In this document: positions 1 to 8,601 of the stretch, piece after piece
Numbering within the stretch: the first letter of the stretch is position 1
Layout of the letters: every line of letters starts with the position of its first letter
DNA from: a virus
DNA: 64,000 bases
Strand: one strand, 5' to 3'
Virus record (IMG/VR): IMGVR_UViG_3300025274_001348
Coordinates: 20,543-84,542 of that record
The notes under the pieces: generated by a model
What the model was told of the DNA's origin: nothing
What the model saw: only the letters and a program-made list of their open reading frames with translations
Databases searched by the model: none
Program-made: the position numbers and the translations under genes

Positions 1-56
1 GGGAGTTCCCCACCAGAGACTTCTTTGAGTTTGATTTCTACAGACCTAATTCTGTT

Positions 57-1685
57 ATGCTGGATAACTGTCTTGATATTGTAAAAAAGTTCAAGGCAGA
101 CGATATGCTGTATACATGCGAAGACAAGTTAAGCAGAGAGGTGATTCAAGCATTGGCTAACAGTGGCTATTACGGCTTACTGGTTCCATTACCAGATAAG
201 CCAGCCCTGTCTTTCTCTGAGTTTTCATCGTTCCTGACGAAGATGGCAAGTATTGAACCCAGTATTGCTGGCATGTGTTCAATTCATGGTTGTATAGGTT
301 CTGTAGATCCCATTAGAACATTTGGAAATGAGTATCAAAAGGAGAAGTATTTACCGGGACTATCTGACGGAACCTTTTTGTCTGCTTTTGCTCTGACCGA
401 GCCTTGTGCCGGATCGGACTTGACAGCGTTGAAGACGTGTGCTAAAATAGATGGCGACGATTATGTTTTGAATGGCACTAAACTGTTCATTACAAATGTT
501 CATTACGGTGGACTTGTTTCTGTTGTATGTCTCATAGAGAATAAGCCTCAAGTATTACTAGTAGAGGTTCCTAGTGGAGATACCGATACATTCAAGATTG
601 GTCACTATAAAATCCACGCATTGACTAGGTTAAATAATAACTCTTTAATCTTCACGAACCATCGTGTACCAAAGGAAAACCTAATCCGGTTGCACAAAGG
701 AGACGGGCTAACCGTAGCCTATCATGGGCTAAACTTAGGCAGGATTTCCCTATGTGCAAATGCGTCTGGTTGTATGAAGACAATGCTGGCCTCTATGATT
801 CCTTGGGGTCAGTATCGACAAACATATGGTCAACCAATTATGCACAGAGAACTGGTACAAGAGCGTATTGGTAGGCTGGCTGGCTATATTCTTTCATCAG
901 ATGCTCTGGTAGCTTGGTGTTCAGGATTGATTGATAAGGGCTACAGGGGTGAGCTAGAATGCATAATAGCAAAGACTTTTGGTTCTGAATGTCAGAAGGA
1001 GGCTGCAATTGATCTATGTATGAAAACTCATGGGGGGAGGTCGTTCTTGGGTGGACATATAATCGGTGATAATATTCATGATCTCTTGGCTCCACTTATC
1101 TATGAGGGCGAAGGGGATATGTTGAACATGGCTTTCTTCAAGAGCCTAGTTAAAGAACACGGCAAAACCTTTTTTGAACCTGTCGGACAACTGATGTCTA
1201 ATCTTGGAAAGAAAAGTCCATCCCCTATGGATGTAATCAGAAATCACAAGACTTTTACTCCATACCTCAACTGGATGATAAGGGAAGTGTTCCTACCCAA
1301 GAGTGGTATTAGACCTATAGGATTTAATGAAGATCTAGTTAAGCACGCGAACTTTGCAATCAATGGGTTGCAAAAGTCTGGTCGGGAGATTAGTGCATTA
1401 ATGCGAAAGCATCAACTACGATTAGCTGATAGACAATGCAGGATGTCTATATTGTCCAGAAAGATTCAGAATCTTACGACCATGATGGCAACGGTGTGTT
1501 ATGCTTTTGCTAAGGCTAACCTGCTAACTGCACGAATAGCAGATGTGTCTTGTGAGAATTTAAGATGTAAGATTACGGGAAGGCATCCAACTGACTTACA
1601 GATTAGAAAAAGCGTATCTCTCGGTGAAAAATTGTGTTGCGATCAAGTAAGTCAAAAGTCTATCCTTATGAAATACGAAATATGA
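57..1685 (+). CDS. Acyl-CoA dehydrogenase (frame is open to the window edge, so the true start is probably upstream)
   Basis: ACAD motifs AFALTEPCAGSD, YVLNGTKLFITN, LNLGRI, THGGRSF, IYEGEGDM; no in-frame stop between nt 3 and 57. Confidence 0.92.
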   Translation: MLDNCLDIVKKFKADDMLYTCEDKLSREVIQALANSGYYGLLVPLPDKPALSFSEFSSFLTKMASIEPSIAGMCSIHGCIGSVDPIRTFGNEYQKEKYLPGLSDGTFLSAFALTEPCAGSDLTALKTCAKIDGDDYVLNGTKLFITNVHYGGLVSVVCLIENKPQVLLVEVPSGDTDTFKIGHYKIHALTRLNNNSLIFTNHRVPKENLIRLHKGDGLTVAYHGLNLGRISLCANASGCMKTMLASMIPWGQYRQTYGQPIMHRELVQERIGRLAGYILSSDALVAWCSGLIDKGYRGELECIIAKTFGSECQKEAAIDLCMKTHGGRSFLGGHIIGDNIHDLLAPLIYEGEGDMLNMAFFKSLVKEHGKTFFEPVGQLMSNLGKKSPSPMDVIRNHKTFTPYLNWMIREVFLPKSGIRPIGFNEDLVKHANFAINGLQKSGREISALMRKHQLRLADRQCRMSILSRKIQNLTTMMATVCYAFAKANLLTARIADVSCENLRCKITGRHPTDLQIRKSVSLGEKLCCDQVSQKSILMKYEI

Positions 1686-1703
1686 GAATAAAGGAGATTA
1701 GTT

Positions 1704-1868
1704 ATGACGTTTGAGGTTTTTTGTAGATTTTGCAATGGCTGGGTTGATACTGAAGATATTGAGGTTAAAGATGTGTCAGCAAACGTTCATGAAGAGGACG
1801 TAATTATATTTTCACATTTAGACTGTAACCCAGCAGAACAACAGTCTGTTGTTAGAGGTTCTAAGTGA
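1704..1868 (+). CDS. Small hypothetical protein (54 aa, CxxC)
   Basis: AAGGAG SD then ATG; MTFEVFCRFCNGWVD...; below ORF-track cutoff. Confidence 0.6.
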   Translation: MTFEVFCRFCNGWVDTEDIEVKDVSANVHEEDVIIFSHLDCNPAEQQSVVRGSK

Positions 1869-1934
1869 TATAAAACTGTCTTTTCTACACTAACCCGGTT
1901 TGGTTTCACTTTTCTATTGACCGAGGAAATTATC

Positions 1935-2495
1935 ATGACGAAAAATAAAACTTTGGATGACTATTGGTACGAGGCTAGGAGGGTAATTGGAAAATGGGGA
2001 CAAATGCATTGGCAAAACGACGATGAATGTATCGCATTTGTGTCCTACTGGATGATGAGAGCAGATTGGAAATATGATCCAACAAAGGGAGCAAAAAGGT
2101 CAACCTACAGAGTGAACGCTGGAAGATGGGCGTTAGTGTCTTGGGCTAACAAGCTCAAAAAACAAGCTGATAAGAAAATTACATCTTTGAGCGTGCCAAC
2201 TAAAATAAGCGGGGAGTATGTTGATTTATCTGAAACTATCCCATCAAAAGAGAATCAGTTTGGAAACGGTAGTGACGAATTTTCAGAATATATTGTAAGT
2301 CACAAATGTAACTCAGTAAAGCTACAGGGTTACTTGAGAAAATATTATATTCAGGGTTATAATTGTTCAGAAATTGCAAAAATGCAAGGTGTAAGTAAAC
2401 AGGCAGTTAATGAAGGTATAAGAAGGGCTATACTTAAGCTCAGAGAGCAAAAATCGCTAAAAAACTTCTTTACCGGCGACGAAATCGTGGTATAA
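1935..2495 (+). CDS. Phage sigma-70-like factor (region 2 plus region 4 HTH)
   Basis: YDPTKGAKRSTY (region 2.3-like FDPxKGxKFSTY); C-terminal SEIAKMQGVSKQAVNEGIRRAILKLR HTH. Confidence 0.75.
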   Translation: MTKNKTLDDYWYEARRVIGKWGQMHWQNDDECIAFVSYWMMRADWKYDPTKGAKRSTYRVNAGRWALVSWANKLKKQADKKITSLSVPTKISGEYVDLSETIPSKENQFGNGSDEFSEYIVSHKCNSVKLQGYLRKYYIQGYNCSEIAKMQGVSKQAVNEGIRRAILKLREQKSLKNFFTGDEIVV

Positions 2496-2496
2496 T
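2487..2496 (+). promoter_or_regulatory. Extended -10 promoter (TGnTATAAT)
   Basis: GTGGTATAAT at the end of the sigma gene, upstream of a run of small genes. Confidence 0.5.
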
Positions 2497-2540
2497 TATA
2501 GGGAGAGCATACGTAGCCGACCATAAAGTTTCGAGGATTT

Positions 2541-2774
2541 TTGATGCTTATATACGAATTAAAAGAGAAAGAGGGTGAATTGGACATAGAAACCCTAGCC
2601 TATCTAGGTAGCGAAAAAGGAGCCAATTTAGTCTTGACTCAAGGTGTATACCGTGGACCGACAGTGGTCGCCCATAGTTCTATTACTCTAAAACCAATGG
2701 AGTGCGCAAAAATTGTGACCGTGCTTTCACAAATTGAAATAGGAAAATTTTTGAAGGACTACAAAGCTAAATAA
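2541..2774 (+). CDS. Hypothetical protein
   Basis: GAGG SD; packed ORF. Confidence 0.55.
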   Translation: MMLIYELKEKEGELDIETLAYLGSEKGANLVLTQGVYRGPTVVAHSSITLKPMECAKIVTVLSQIEIGKFLKDYKAK

Positions 2775-2784
2775 GGAAATAACC

Positions 2785-3102
2785 ATGATGGGTTTAGAAA
2801 AACGTCCAGTAAAACAAAAACAACCAATGCATCAAAAGGTCGATCCTATGGGTCCACCATCAGAAGAATTAAAAGAAGCTATCGAGCATAAGGTCTTAAA
2901 AAGACTGGGAAAGCCACCGGGCTTTCACAATATTGTAGCAAGACATCTATGGGATAACAAATGGCGAGTTAACATCTGGGTTAAATTTTACAACAGCACT
3001 GATAAGGTGGTTCCCGGTTTCTCTATAACAGATTCGTTCTTTGTTGAAGTGTCTAAGACCAACAGGGTTTCTACCAGTCCGAAAATTGTGAAAAAATATT
3101 GA
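2785..3102 (+). CDS. Hypothetical phage protein
   Basis: AAGGA SD; packed ORF (HLWDNKWRVNIW). Confidence 0.65.
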   Translation: MMGLEKRPVKQKQPMHQKVDPMGPPSEELKEAIEHKVLKRLGKPPGFHNIVARHLWDNKWRVNIWVKFYNSTDKVVPGFSITDSFFVEVSKTNRVSTSPKIVKKY

Positions 3103-3147
3103 GTTATTCCTATAATATCTCGGCCCGACCACTATAAGGAGAAGAAC

Positions 3148-3291
3148 ATGCCAACAAAAGAGGAGATGGCAAAGGCTTATGTCGAACAGATTAAGGTGAA
3201 AGTTACCGACCTGAATAAACAATTAGAGATGCTGCGTAGGCATCTCGAAGAATGTGAGGAAGAGTTTAACGAGAAGGAGAGTTCGGAATGA
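3148..3291 (+). CDS. Small coiled-coil hypothetical protein (47 aa)
   Basis: AAGGAG SD; MPTKEEMAKAYVEQIKVKV...; ATGA overlap with next gene. Confidence 0.6.
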   Translation: MPTKEEMAKAYVEQIKVKVTDLNKQLEMLRRHLEECEEEFNEKESSE

Positions 3292-3605
3292 CAGAGACAC
3301 AGTTTTTGATTGCGCTTTCACAGACAACAGGTGCGTACAAGTGGGGTCTGGAAGGTAAGACTATTGTTGGTACTGCTAGGAATGGTAAGACTCGCGGTAA
3401 GAAGTTTGACCCGATGACTGCTGTTTGTCGCTCAACTGGTAAGGGAACGTATGCTTCCACCTGTAGGGGAAAGAAGCAAGCCGCTACCAAGTTGGGTCTG
3501 ACGAGTACCTTTACGACAAATGTGTCAAGTGCTACTCAAGCAAAGTCTAACCGTGGAAACTATCAGGTTCTTCGCGGTAAGATTCGCCAAGTTCTTGACG
3601 TTTAA
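3288..3605 (+). CDS. Basic hypothetical protein (possible nucleic-acid binding)
   Basis: AAGGAG SD; K/R/T/G-rich; highly-expressed-type codons. Confidence 0.7.
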   Translation: MTETQFLIALSQTTGAYKWGLEGKTIVGTARNGKTRGKKFDPMTAVCRSTGKGTYASTCRGKKQAATKLGLTSTFTTNVSSATQAKSNRGNYQVLRGKIRQVLDV

Positions 3606-3610
3606 TTTAA

Positions 3611-3712
3611 CAGCACCGAAGATGGTGTAGGTGTTACACAGGTGCGTGAGGGAGGAACCATCAAACCTCCACGATTAAAGTGGTAGTGAAACATACACCC
3701 GCCTGTTTTTTT
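3611..3712 (+). ncRNA. Structured intergenic RNA / terminator-antiterminator candidate upstream of guaC
   Basis: 3638-3648 pairs with 3696-3706 followed by a T-tract; alternatively 3624-3639 pairs with 3686-3699; inner GGAGG/CCTCC helix. Confidence 0.45.
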
Positions 3713-3730
3713 ATTTTTGAGGTGGATCAG

Positions 3731-4819
3731 TTGAAGTTTGAAGACGGAATTAAACTGGATTTTGACGATGTTCTTATCAGACCGAAAAGATCCACCCTTA
3801 GTAGTCGGTCTGGGGTTGATATACAGAAGGTGTATGATTATCTTCACGCTCCAGTTAAAGAGGCTGTTGTTCCTATTGTAGCCGCTAACATGGACACGGT
3901 AGGGACTATGGCTATGTCTGAACAGTTGAGTCCGAATGGGATGCTAACCTGTTTACATAAATACTACAGCGTAGACGAGCTAGTAAACTTCTTTGCTGAA
4001 GCACCCAGATTGGATACTTTTTATACACTGGGCATTAAACAGGAAGATGTCGAAAAATTAATAGATGTTAACGATGAGCTTCCTCGTTTAGACGAGGGTG
4101 GTCTAGGAATACATAAGATATGTATTGATGTGGCAAACGGTTATCAAAAGGTGTTTGTTGACCATGTTAAACGCATAAGAAATATGTTTCCTGACACTAT
4201 CATCATGGCAGGTAATGTGTGTACGCCAGAGATGGTGAGTGAGTTGCTTATCAGTGGTAAGGCCGATATAGTCAAAATAGGAATAGGACCGGGAAGCGTA
4301 TGCACAACAAGAATGGTAACGGGTTGCGGTTATCCTCAGTTGTCGGCCATAATAGAGTGTGCGGATGCTGCGCATGGTTTAGGAGGACATATTTGCGCAG
4401 ACGGAGGATGCAGAACTTCGGGAGATGTTGTCAAGGCATTCGCTGCCGGGGCCGATTTCGTTATGCTGGGGGGCATGTTGGCAGGGACAGACGAGTGTGA
4501 GGGAAAATGGGAAGAAGAATCTGAAATTCTTAAGAATGACAAAGGTGGATACACTGTAAGTGGTAAAAGAGTGAAGAAATCTTTACGCTTTTATGGGATG
4601 TCTAGCGAGGAGGCTATGGATGCTCATAATGGTGGAGTTGGAACCTACAGAACTTCGGAAGGTAAATCTGAATCAGTAGTCTATAAAGGTCCGGTCATGG
4701 GTGTCATTCAGGAGGTTACGGGGGGCCTAAGAAGTGCTTGTGCCTATGTAGGAGCAAACTCTCTCAAAGACTTCCCAAGGTGTGCAACTTTCGTCAGAAC
4801 AAATAGGGTTCACTACTAA
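3731..4819 (+). CDS. guaC: GMP reductase
   Basis: KLDFDDVLIRPKRSTL, AANMDTVGT, IDVANGY, GIGPGSVCTTR, FYGMSS; TTG start after GAGGTGG. Confidence 0.95.
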   Translation: MKFEDGIKLDFDDVLIRPKRSTLSSRSGVDIQKVYDYLHAPVKEAVVPIVAANMDTVGTMAMSEQLSPNGMLTCLHKYYSVDELVNFFAEAPRLDTFYTLGIKQEDVEKLIDVNDELPRLDEGGLGIHKICIDVANGYQKVFVDHVKRIRNMFPDTIIMAGNVCTPEMVSELLISGKADIVKIGIGPGSVCTTRMVTGCGYPQLSAIIECADAAHGLGGHICADGGCRTSGDVVKAFAAGADFVMLGGMLAGTDECEGKWEEESEILKNDKGGYTVSGKRVKKSLRFYGMSSEEAMDAHNGGVGTYRTSEGKSESVVYKGPVMGVIQEVTGGLRSACAYVGANSLKDFPRCATFVRTNRVHY

Positions 4820-5793
4820 TGCAAAACACTATAGACAAACTGGCCGAATACGGTAAGGGTATTTTGGCAGCAGATGAAAGCATCCCAACGATTGAAAAAA
4901 GGTTAAGCTCGGTTGGGATAGATTCTACACCGAGTACGAGACACAACTACAGGCACACGTTATTTTCCACTGACGGATTAGAAGACTACATCAGTGGTGT
5001 TATCCTGTATGACGAAACCCTGCGAAGCGCCGTTGATGGTGAGCCTACTGTCGCCCCTCTTAGAGAAAAGGGGATAGCTTTAGGTATCAAGGTGGACAAG
5101 GGAGCGAAACCCTATACGGATGGCGGGTTCTTAACGGAGGGGTTAGATGGACTCACAGAAAGACTCAGAGACTATAAAGACTTGGGGGCCGAATTCGCTA
5201 AGTGGCGTGCTGTTATTAATATTGGTGATAGCGGTTCTTGCATCCTTGCAAACGCTTGGCATCTTGCGAGATATGCTAAAAAGTGCCAACTTGAAAACAT
5301 GGTTCCCATTGTAGAACCAGAAGTTATTATGGATGGCACACACACAATATATGATTCTATCAGAATAACTGAAAGAGTTTTACATCATGTGTTCGATGCT
5401 ATGTTCTACGAGAAGGTTGAACTGGAGTATATGATTCTAAAGCCAAATATGATTTTACATGGATATAAGTATGCTAGCAGCATTAGCAGTGATGAAGTAG
5501 CTGAACTAACAGTTAGCTCTCTTAGACGAGCAGTTCCAGCAGCAGTACCCATGATTGCTTTTTTAAGTGGTGGTCAAATTGACGGAATGGCTGTGGAAAA
5601 TCTTAATGCTATAAATGGATGTATTTCTCTTCCTTGGTACACATCATTTTCATTTGGCAGAGAATTACAACAAAACTCTTTAAGACTTTGGGCCGAAGGG
5701 AAAAGGGAAGATGCACAGAACGCTTTGTTGGAAAGAGCTAATCAATGCAGTCTAGCAACACAAGGCGAGCTTCATGGGACGGTTAATATATAA
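4819..5793 (+). CDS. Fructose-bisphosphate aldolase class I
   Basis: KGILAADES, GIKVDKG, FAKWR, PIVEPEV, LKPNM (Schiff-base Lys), FLSGGQ, SFSFGR. Confidence 0.95.
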   Translation: MQNTIDKLAEYGKGILAADESIPTIEKRLSSVGIDSTPSTRHNYRHTLFSTDGLEDYISGVILYDETLRSAVDGEPTVAPLREKGIALGIKVDKGAKPYTDGGFLTEGLDGLTERLRDYKDLGAEFAKWRAVINIGDSGSCILANAWHLARYAKKCQLENMVPIVEPEVIMDGTHTIYDSIRITERVLHHVFDAMFYEKVELEYMILKPNMILHGYKYASSISSDEVAELTVSSLRRAVPAAVPMIAFLSGGQIDGMAVENLNAINGCISLPWYTSFSFGRELQQNSLRLWAEGKREDAQNALLERANQCSLATQGELHGTVNI

Positions 5794-5971
5794 GTGTGAT
5801 GAAGGCATGGGCAGTTTCCATTGGGAGACAAAGGCTTTTATCTCTGAAGGAAATAAAGAAGTGTCTTTTGTTCAGACATGGTTTGACGATACGAAAGTTA
5901 TAAGCAAACAGAGTGTAATAATGACAACCGATGAGCTACGGAACATAATACGTCGAATAGAAAAGGCGTAA
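5774..5971 (+). CDS. Hypothetical protein
   Basis: Overlapping packed ORF. Confidence 0.5.
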   Translation: MGRLIYKCDEGMGSFHWETKAFISEGNKEVSFVQTWFDDTKVISKQSVIMTTDELRNIIRRIEKA

Positions 5972-5976
5972 TAAAT

Positions 5977-6048
5977 GCCCCCGTAGTTCAATGGTTAGAA
6001 CGCCGTTCTTATAAAGCGGTAACGATAGTTCGACTCTATCCGGGGGTA
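5977..6048 (+). tRNA. tRNA-Ile (anticodon UAU)
   Basis: Cloverleaf: GCCCCCG/CGGGGGT acceptor, GTTC/GAAC D-stem, CCGTT-CTTATAA-AGCGG anticodon arm, GATAG-TTCGACT-CTATC T-arm, discriminator A, CCA not encoded. Confidence 0.92.
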
Positions 6049-6109
6049 CTTAATCTGTTGGAAAGATGTCTCAGTAAAAACACCACGATTAAGATTAGCA
6101 GGATTTAAA

Positions 6110-7147
6110 ATGTCAAAGAACAATAGCGAATTTTATTCAAGCCTTATATCCAAGGCGACAATGCGGTCAGCCAATACGGATACCCCAAAAACTGTTGCTG
6201 TTCTTGGAGCAGGTGCTATGGGAATGGGTATTGCTTTTGCTTTGGCTAACAAAGCATCCATTAACGTCAACCTATATGATATAGATGTCGGCCAATTTAA
6301 GTTGGCTAAAGATATTCCATTAATCAGAACCACAACCGATCTGTCAGAGGCGATTGAATCTTCCGATCTCGTTATAGAGGCAGTTCCAGAGGTTCTCTCA
6401 TTAAAGAGAGAAGTTGTCTCCAAGTGTGTAGATCAGTTCGTTGCTACAAACACTTCAACATTTAAAGTAGAAGACATATCATCCAGAAGCAATTTTGGAG
6501 GAATGCACTTCTTTAATCCTGTCTCTAAAATGCCTCTCGTTGAGGTAGTTTCAGGACCATCTACCTCAGAAGAAACTATAGCTATTCTATGTAAGACATC
6601 CTTAGCCATGGGAAAAATACCACTGATTTGCAATGACTGTAGTGGATTTGTAGTCAATCGTATGTTGATGCCATATTTGATTGAGTTTGATAAGATGGTC
6701 TCAGAAGGCCATGACTATTCTCATATAGATACGGTTATGAGAAATCATGGATGGCCTATGGGTCCAGCAGAACTCTGTGATCTTGTTGGCCTTGATGTTA
6801 TCTACCACGGGTCTCAAAGCATAGCAGAAGCATACGATCATATAACTGTTTCTGATAATAGCGTATGCCATCAACTATACAAAAATAAAGACTTCGGAAG
6901 AAAGTCGCATAGAGGATTTTATAGCTACGATGTCATATCAGGTAAAAAAGCTGGTAGATTCTCTGTGCCGGGAGAGACTAGGGAATCATCTCATGTAATT
7001 GCAGACAGGCTTGTCTCTCCCATGCTTAATGAGGCCAGAATGCTCCTTGACGAGAATATAGTTGATAGTGTCGAAGAGATAGATGTGGCATTAGCTTTAG
7101 GGGCGGGACTTCCGCCGTTTATTACAACTGTGGCGGAAATGACATAA
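6110..7147 (+). CDS. 3-hydroxyacyl-CoA dehydrogenase (FadB/FadJ dehydrogenase-like)
   Basis: VLGAGAMGMGIA, VIEAVPE, ATNTST, GMHFFNPV, GFVVNR, PMGPAELCDLVGLD. Confidence 0.92.
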   Translation: MSKNNSEFYSSLISKATMRSANTDTPKTVAVLGAGAMGMGIAFALANKASINVNLYDIDVGQFKLAKDIPLIRTTTDLSEAIESSDLVIEAVPEVLSLKREVVSKCVDQFVATNTSTFKVEDISSRSNFGGMHFFNPVSKMPLVEVVSGPSTSEETIAILCKTSLAMGKIPLICNDCSGFVVNRMLMPYLIEFDKMVSEGHDYSHIDTVMRNHGWPMGPAELCDLVGLDVIYHGSQSIAEAYDHITVSDNSVCHQLYKNKDFGRKSHRGFYSYDVISGKKAGRFSVPGETRESSHVIADRLVSPMLNEARMLLDENIVDSVEEIDVALALGAGLPPFITTVAEMT

Positions 7148-7161
7148 GTGTTTAACAATAA

Positions 7162-7496
7162 GGGGGCGATTGGCTTCGACTGGTAGTGGAGATAATAGTT
7201 GCATGGAGTGGTTGGTCAGTTGGCCACTATAAAAGCTGACCAAAAAGTAATTGCCGAAAAGCAATTCGCGTTGGCTGCCTAGAGTAGTCAGGGGTTGCAC
7301 AAACCTTTTTATCCAATTGTGCTGACTCCGATAATCGGATAGGGATGGCTAACCCAAAAATAACGCCTGATGACCATAATGGTCTGATGATGGTCAATCC
7401 ATCTAGTTTTGTCTGCTGTGCGATAACAACAGACTAACCATGTAGAAGTTATTGTTTAAGCTATACAGGACGCGGGTTCGATTCCCGCCGCCTCCA
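7162..7496 (+). ncRNA. ssrA: tmRNA; tag (A)AEKQFALAA* at 7253-7282
   Basis: 5' GGGGGCG pairs with 3' CGCCTCC-A with a G3.U70 pair; TTCGAC near the 5' end; GCGGG-TTCGATT-CCCGC T-arm; tag ORF ends ALAA-stop. Confidence 0.95.
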
Positions 7497-7515
7497 TTTT
7501 ACATTGGGAGAAAGT

Positions 7516-8001
7516 ATGAATAAAACTATAGCGATTAGTGGCGGGTTTGATCCCGTACACATCGGTCATTTGAATATGATTAAAGGCGCTGCACAAGAAG
7601 GCAGTGTTATTGTTATTCTGAACAGTGACGCATGGCTACAACAAAAAAAGGGATATGTGTTTATGCCCTTTGAAGAAAGAAAGGCAATCTTAGAGGCATT
7701 TAGTGACGTTCACCATGTTATTGAGGTTGATGACTCTGACGGTACTGTATGTGAGGCTTTAGACCAACTACGCCCATGCTACTTCGGAAACGGGGGAGAT
7801 AGAGTCTCTGATAATGTTCCAGAAGTAAAGTTCTGTAAAAGATATGGCATCGGGCTGAGATGGAATCTTGGTGGGAATAAAATACAGAGCAGCAGCGAAT
7901 TAGTTACACATGCTAGGGATTATGACCACAAAGACAGAGAGTTAAAACAGCATAATGATCCAAGTGATCCGTTTGAATTAGAGTTGGGAGGTTCAGGTTG
8001 A
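7516..8001 (+). CDS. Cytidylyl/adenylyltransferase (HIGH superfamily, RfaE/TagD-like)
   Basis: SGGFDPVHIGH, LNSD, NGGDR, QSSS. Confidence 0.88.
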   Translation: MNKTIAISGGFDPVHIGHLNMIKGAAQEGSVIVILNSDAWLQQKKGYVFMPFEERKAILEAFSDVHHVIEVDDSDGTVCEALDQLRPCYFGNGGDRVSDNVPEVKFCKRYGIGLRWNLGGNKIQSSSELVTHARDYDHKDRELKQHNDPSDPFELELGGSG

Positions 8002-8195
8002 TGTCTAAGGAACGAAAGAAGCTACAGAAAAAAAAGAAGCGAGAAACGAGAGCTAAAGAGAAAGTCGTAAGAAAAAGAGGTGAGCTAAGAGAATCAAAAA
8101 GAATAGAGAAAGAGATTGAGAAAATTCAGTGGGAGGCTAGAGAAAGACTAACCCCCTATAGGAATCCTAAAAATGATAAATCAGAAGAACATTGA
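7998..8195 (+). CDS. Small highly basic hypothetical protein
   Basis: GGAGG SD; K/R/E-rich. Confidence 0.55.
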   Translation: MMSKERKKLQKKKKRETRAKEKVVRKRGELRESKRIEKEIEKIQWEARERLTPYRNPKNDKSEEH

Positions 8196-8601
8196 TAAGT
8201 CTGTCCAAATAGCCTGTCAACTTTTTCCTGAGCGATATGAGAATACACAAAGCTGTAAGGCTTTTCATTTTGCTTTTCTGTGGAAAAAGAACAGGCTTAT
8301 TTCTATTGGCCAGAACTATGCAGATAAGCCGTGCGCTAAAGCATTATACTTTGCGAAAAGATTTAATACAAAACGCCGCATTAAATATCCCTACATTCAC
8401 GCTGAGATCAATGCGGTACAAAAGGTGTGGGGAAAATCCCAGATAGATAATTCGTTCAGCTTGGTTTCTCTCAGAGTGTCTAGAGATTGTGTTTTAAGAA
8501 ACGCCAAGCCTTGTAAAGATTGTCAAACCGTATTGTCTGCTATCGGAGTAGGTGACATTTGGTGGTCGAATAAAATTGGAGAGGTTGTATGTGTGGAATA
8601 A
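8173..8601 (+). CDS. Zn-dependent nucleoside/nucleic-acid deaminase superfamily protein
   Basis: IHAEINA ... AKPCKDC motif. Confidence 0.8.
   Translation: MINQKNIDKSVQIACQLFPERYENTQSCKAFHFAFLWKKNRLISIGQNYADKPCAKALYFAKRFNTKRRIKYPYIHAEINAVQKVWGKSQIDNSFSLVSLRVSRDCVLRNAKPCKDCQTVLSAIGVGDIWWSNKIGEVVCVE

Noticed and set aside
3611-3712. Known purine or ZTP riboswitch
   Set aside because: I could not match the conserved cores of these classes; kept only as an unclassified structured RNA
7162-7496. tmRNA as a prophage attachment site or host junction
   Set aside because: No integrase, no duplicated 3' fragment, and gene style is the same on both sides
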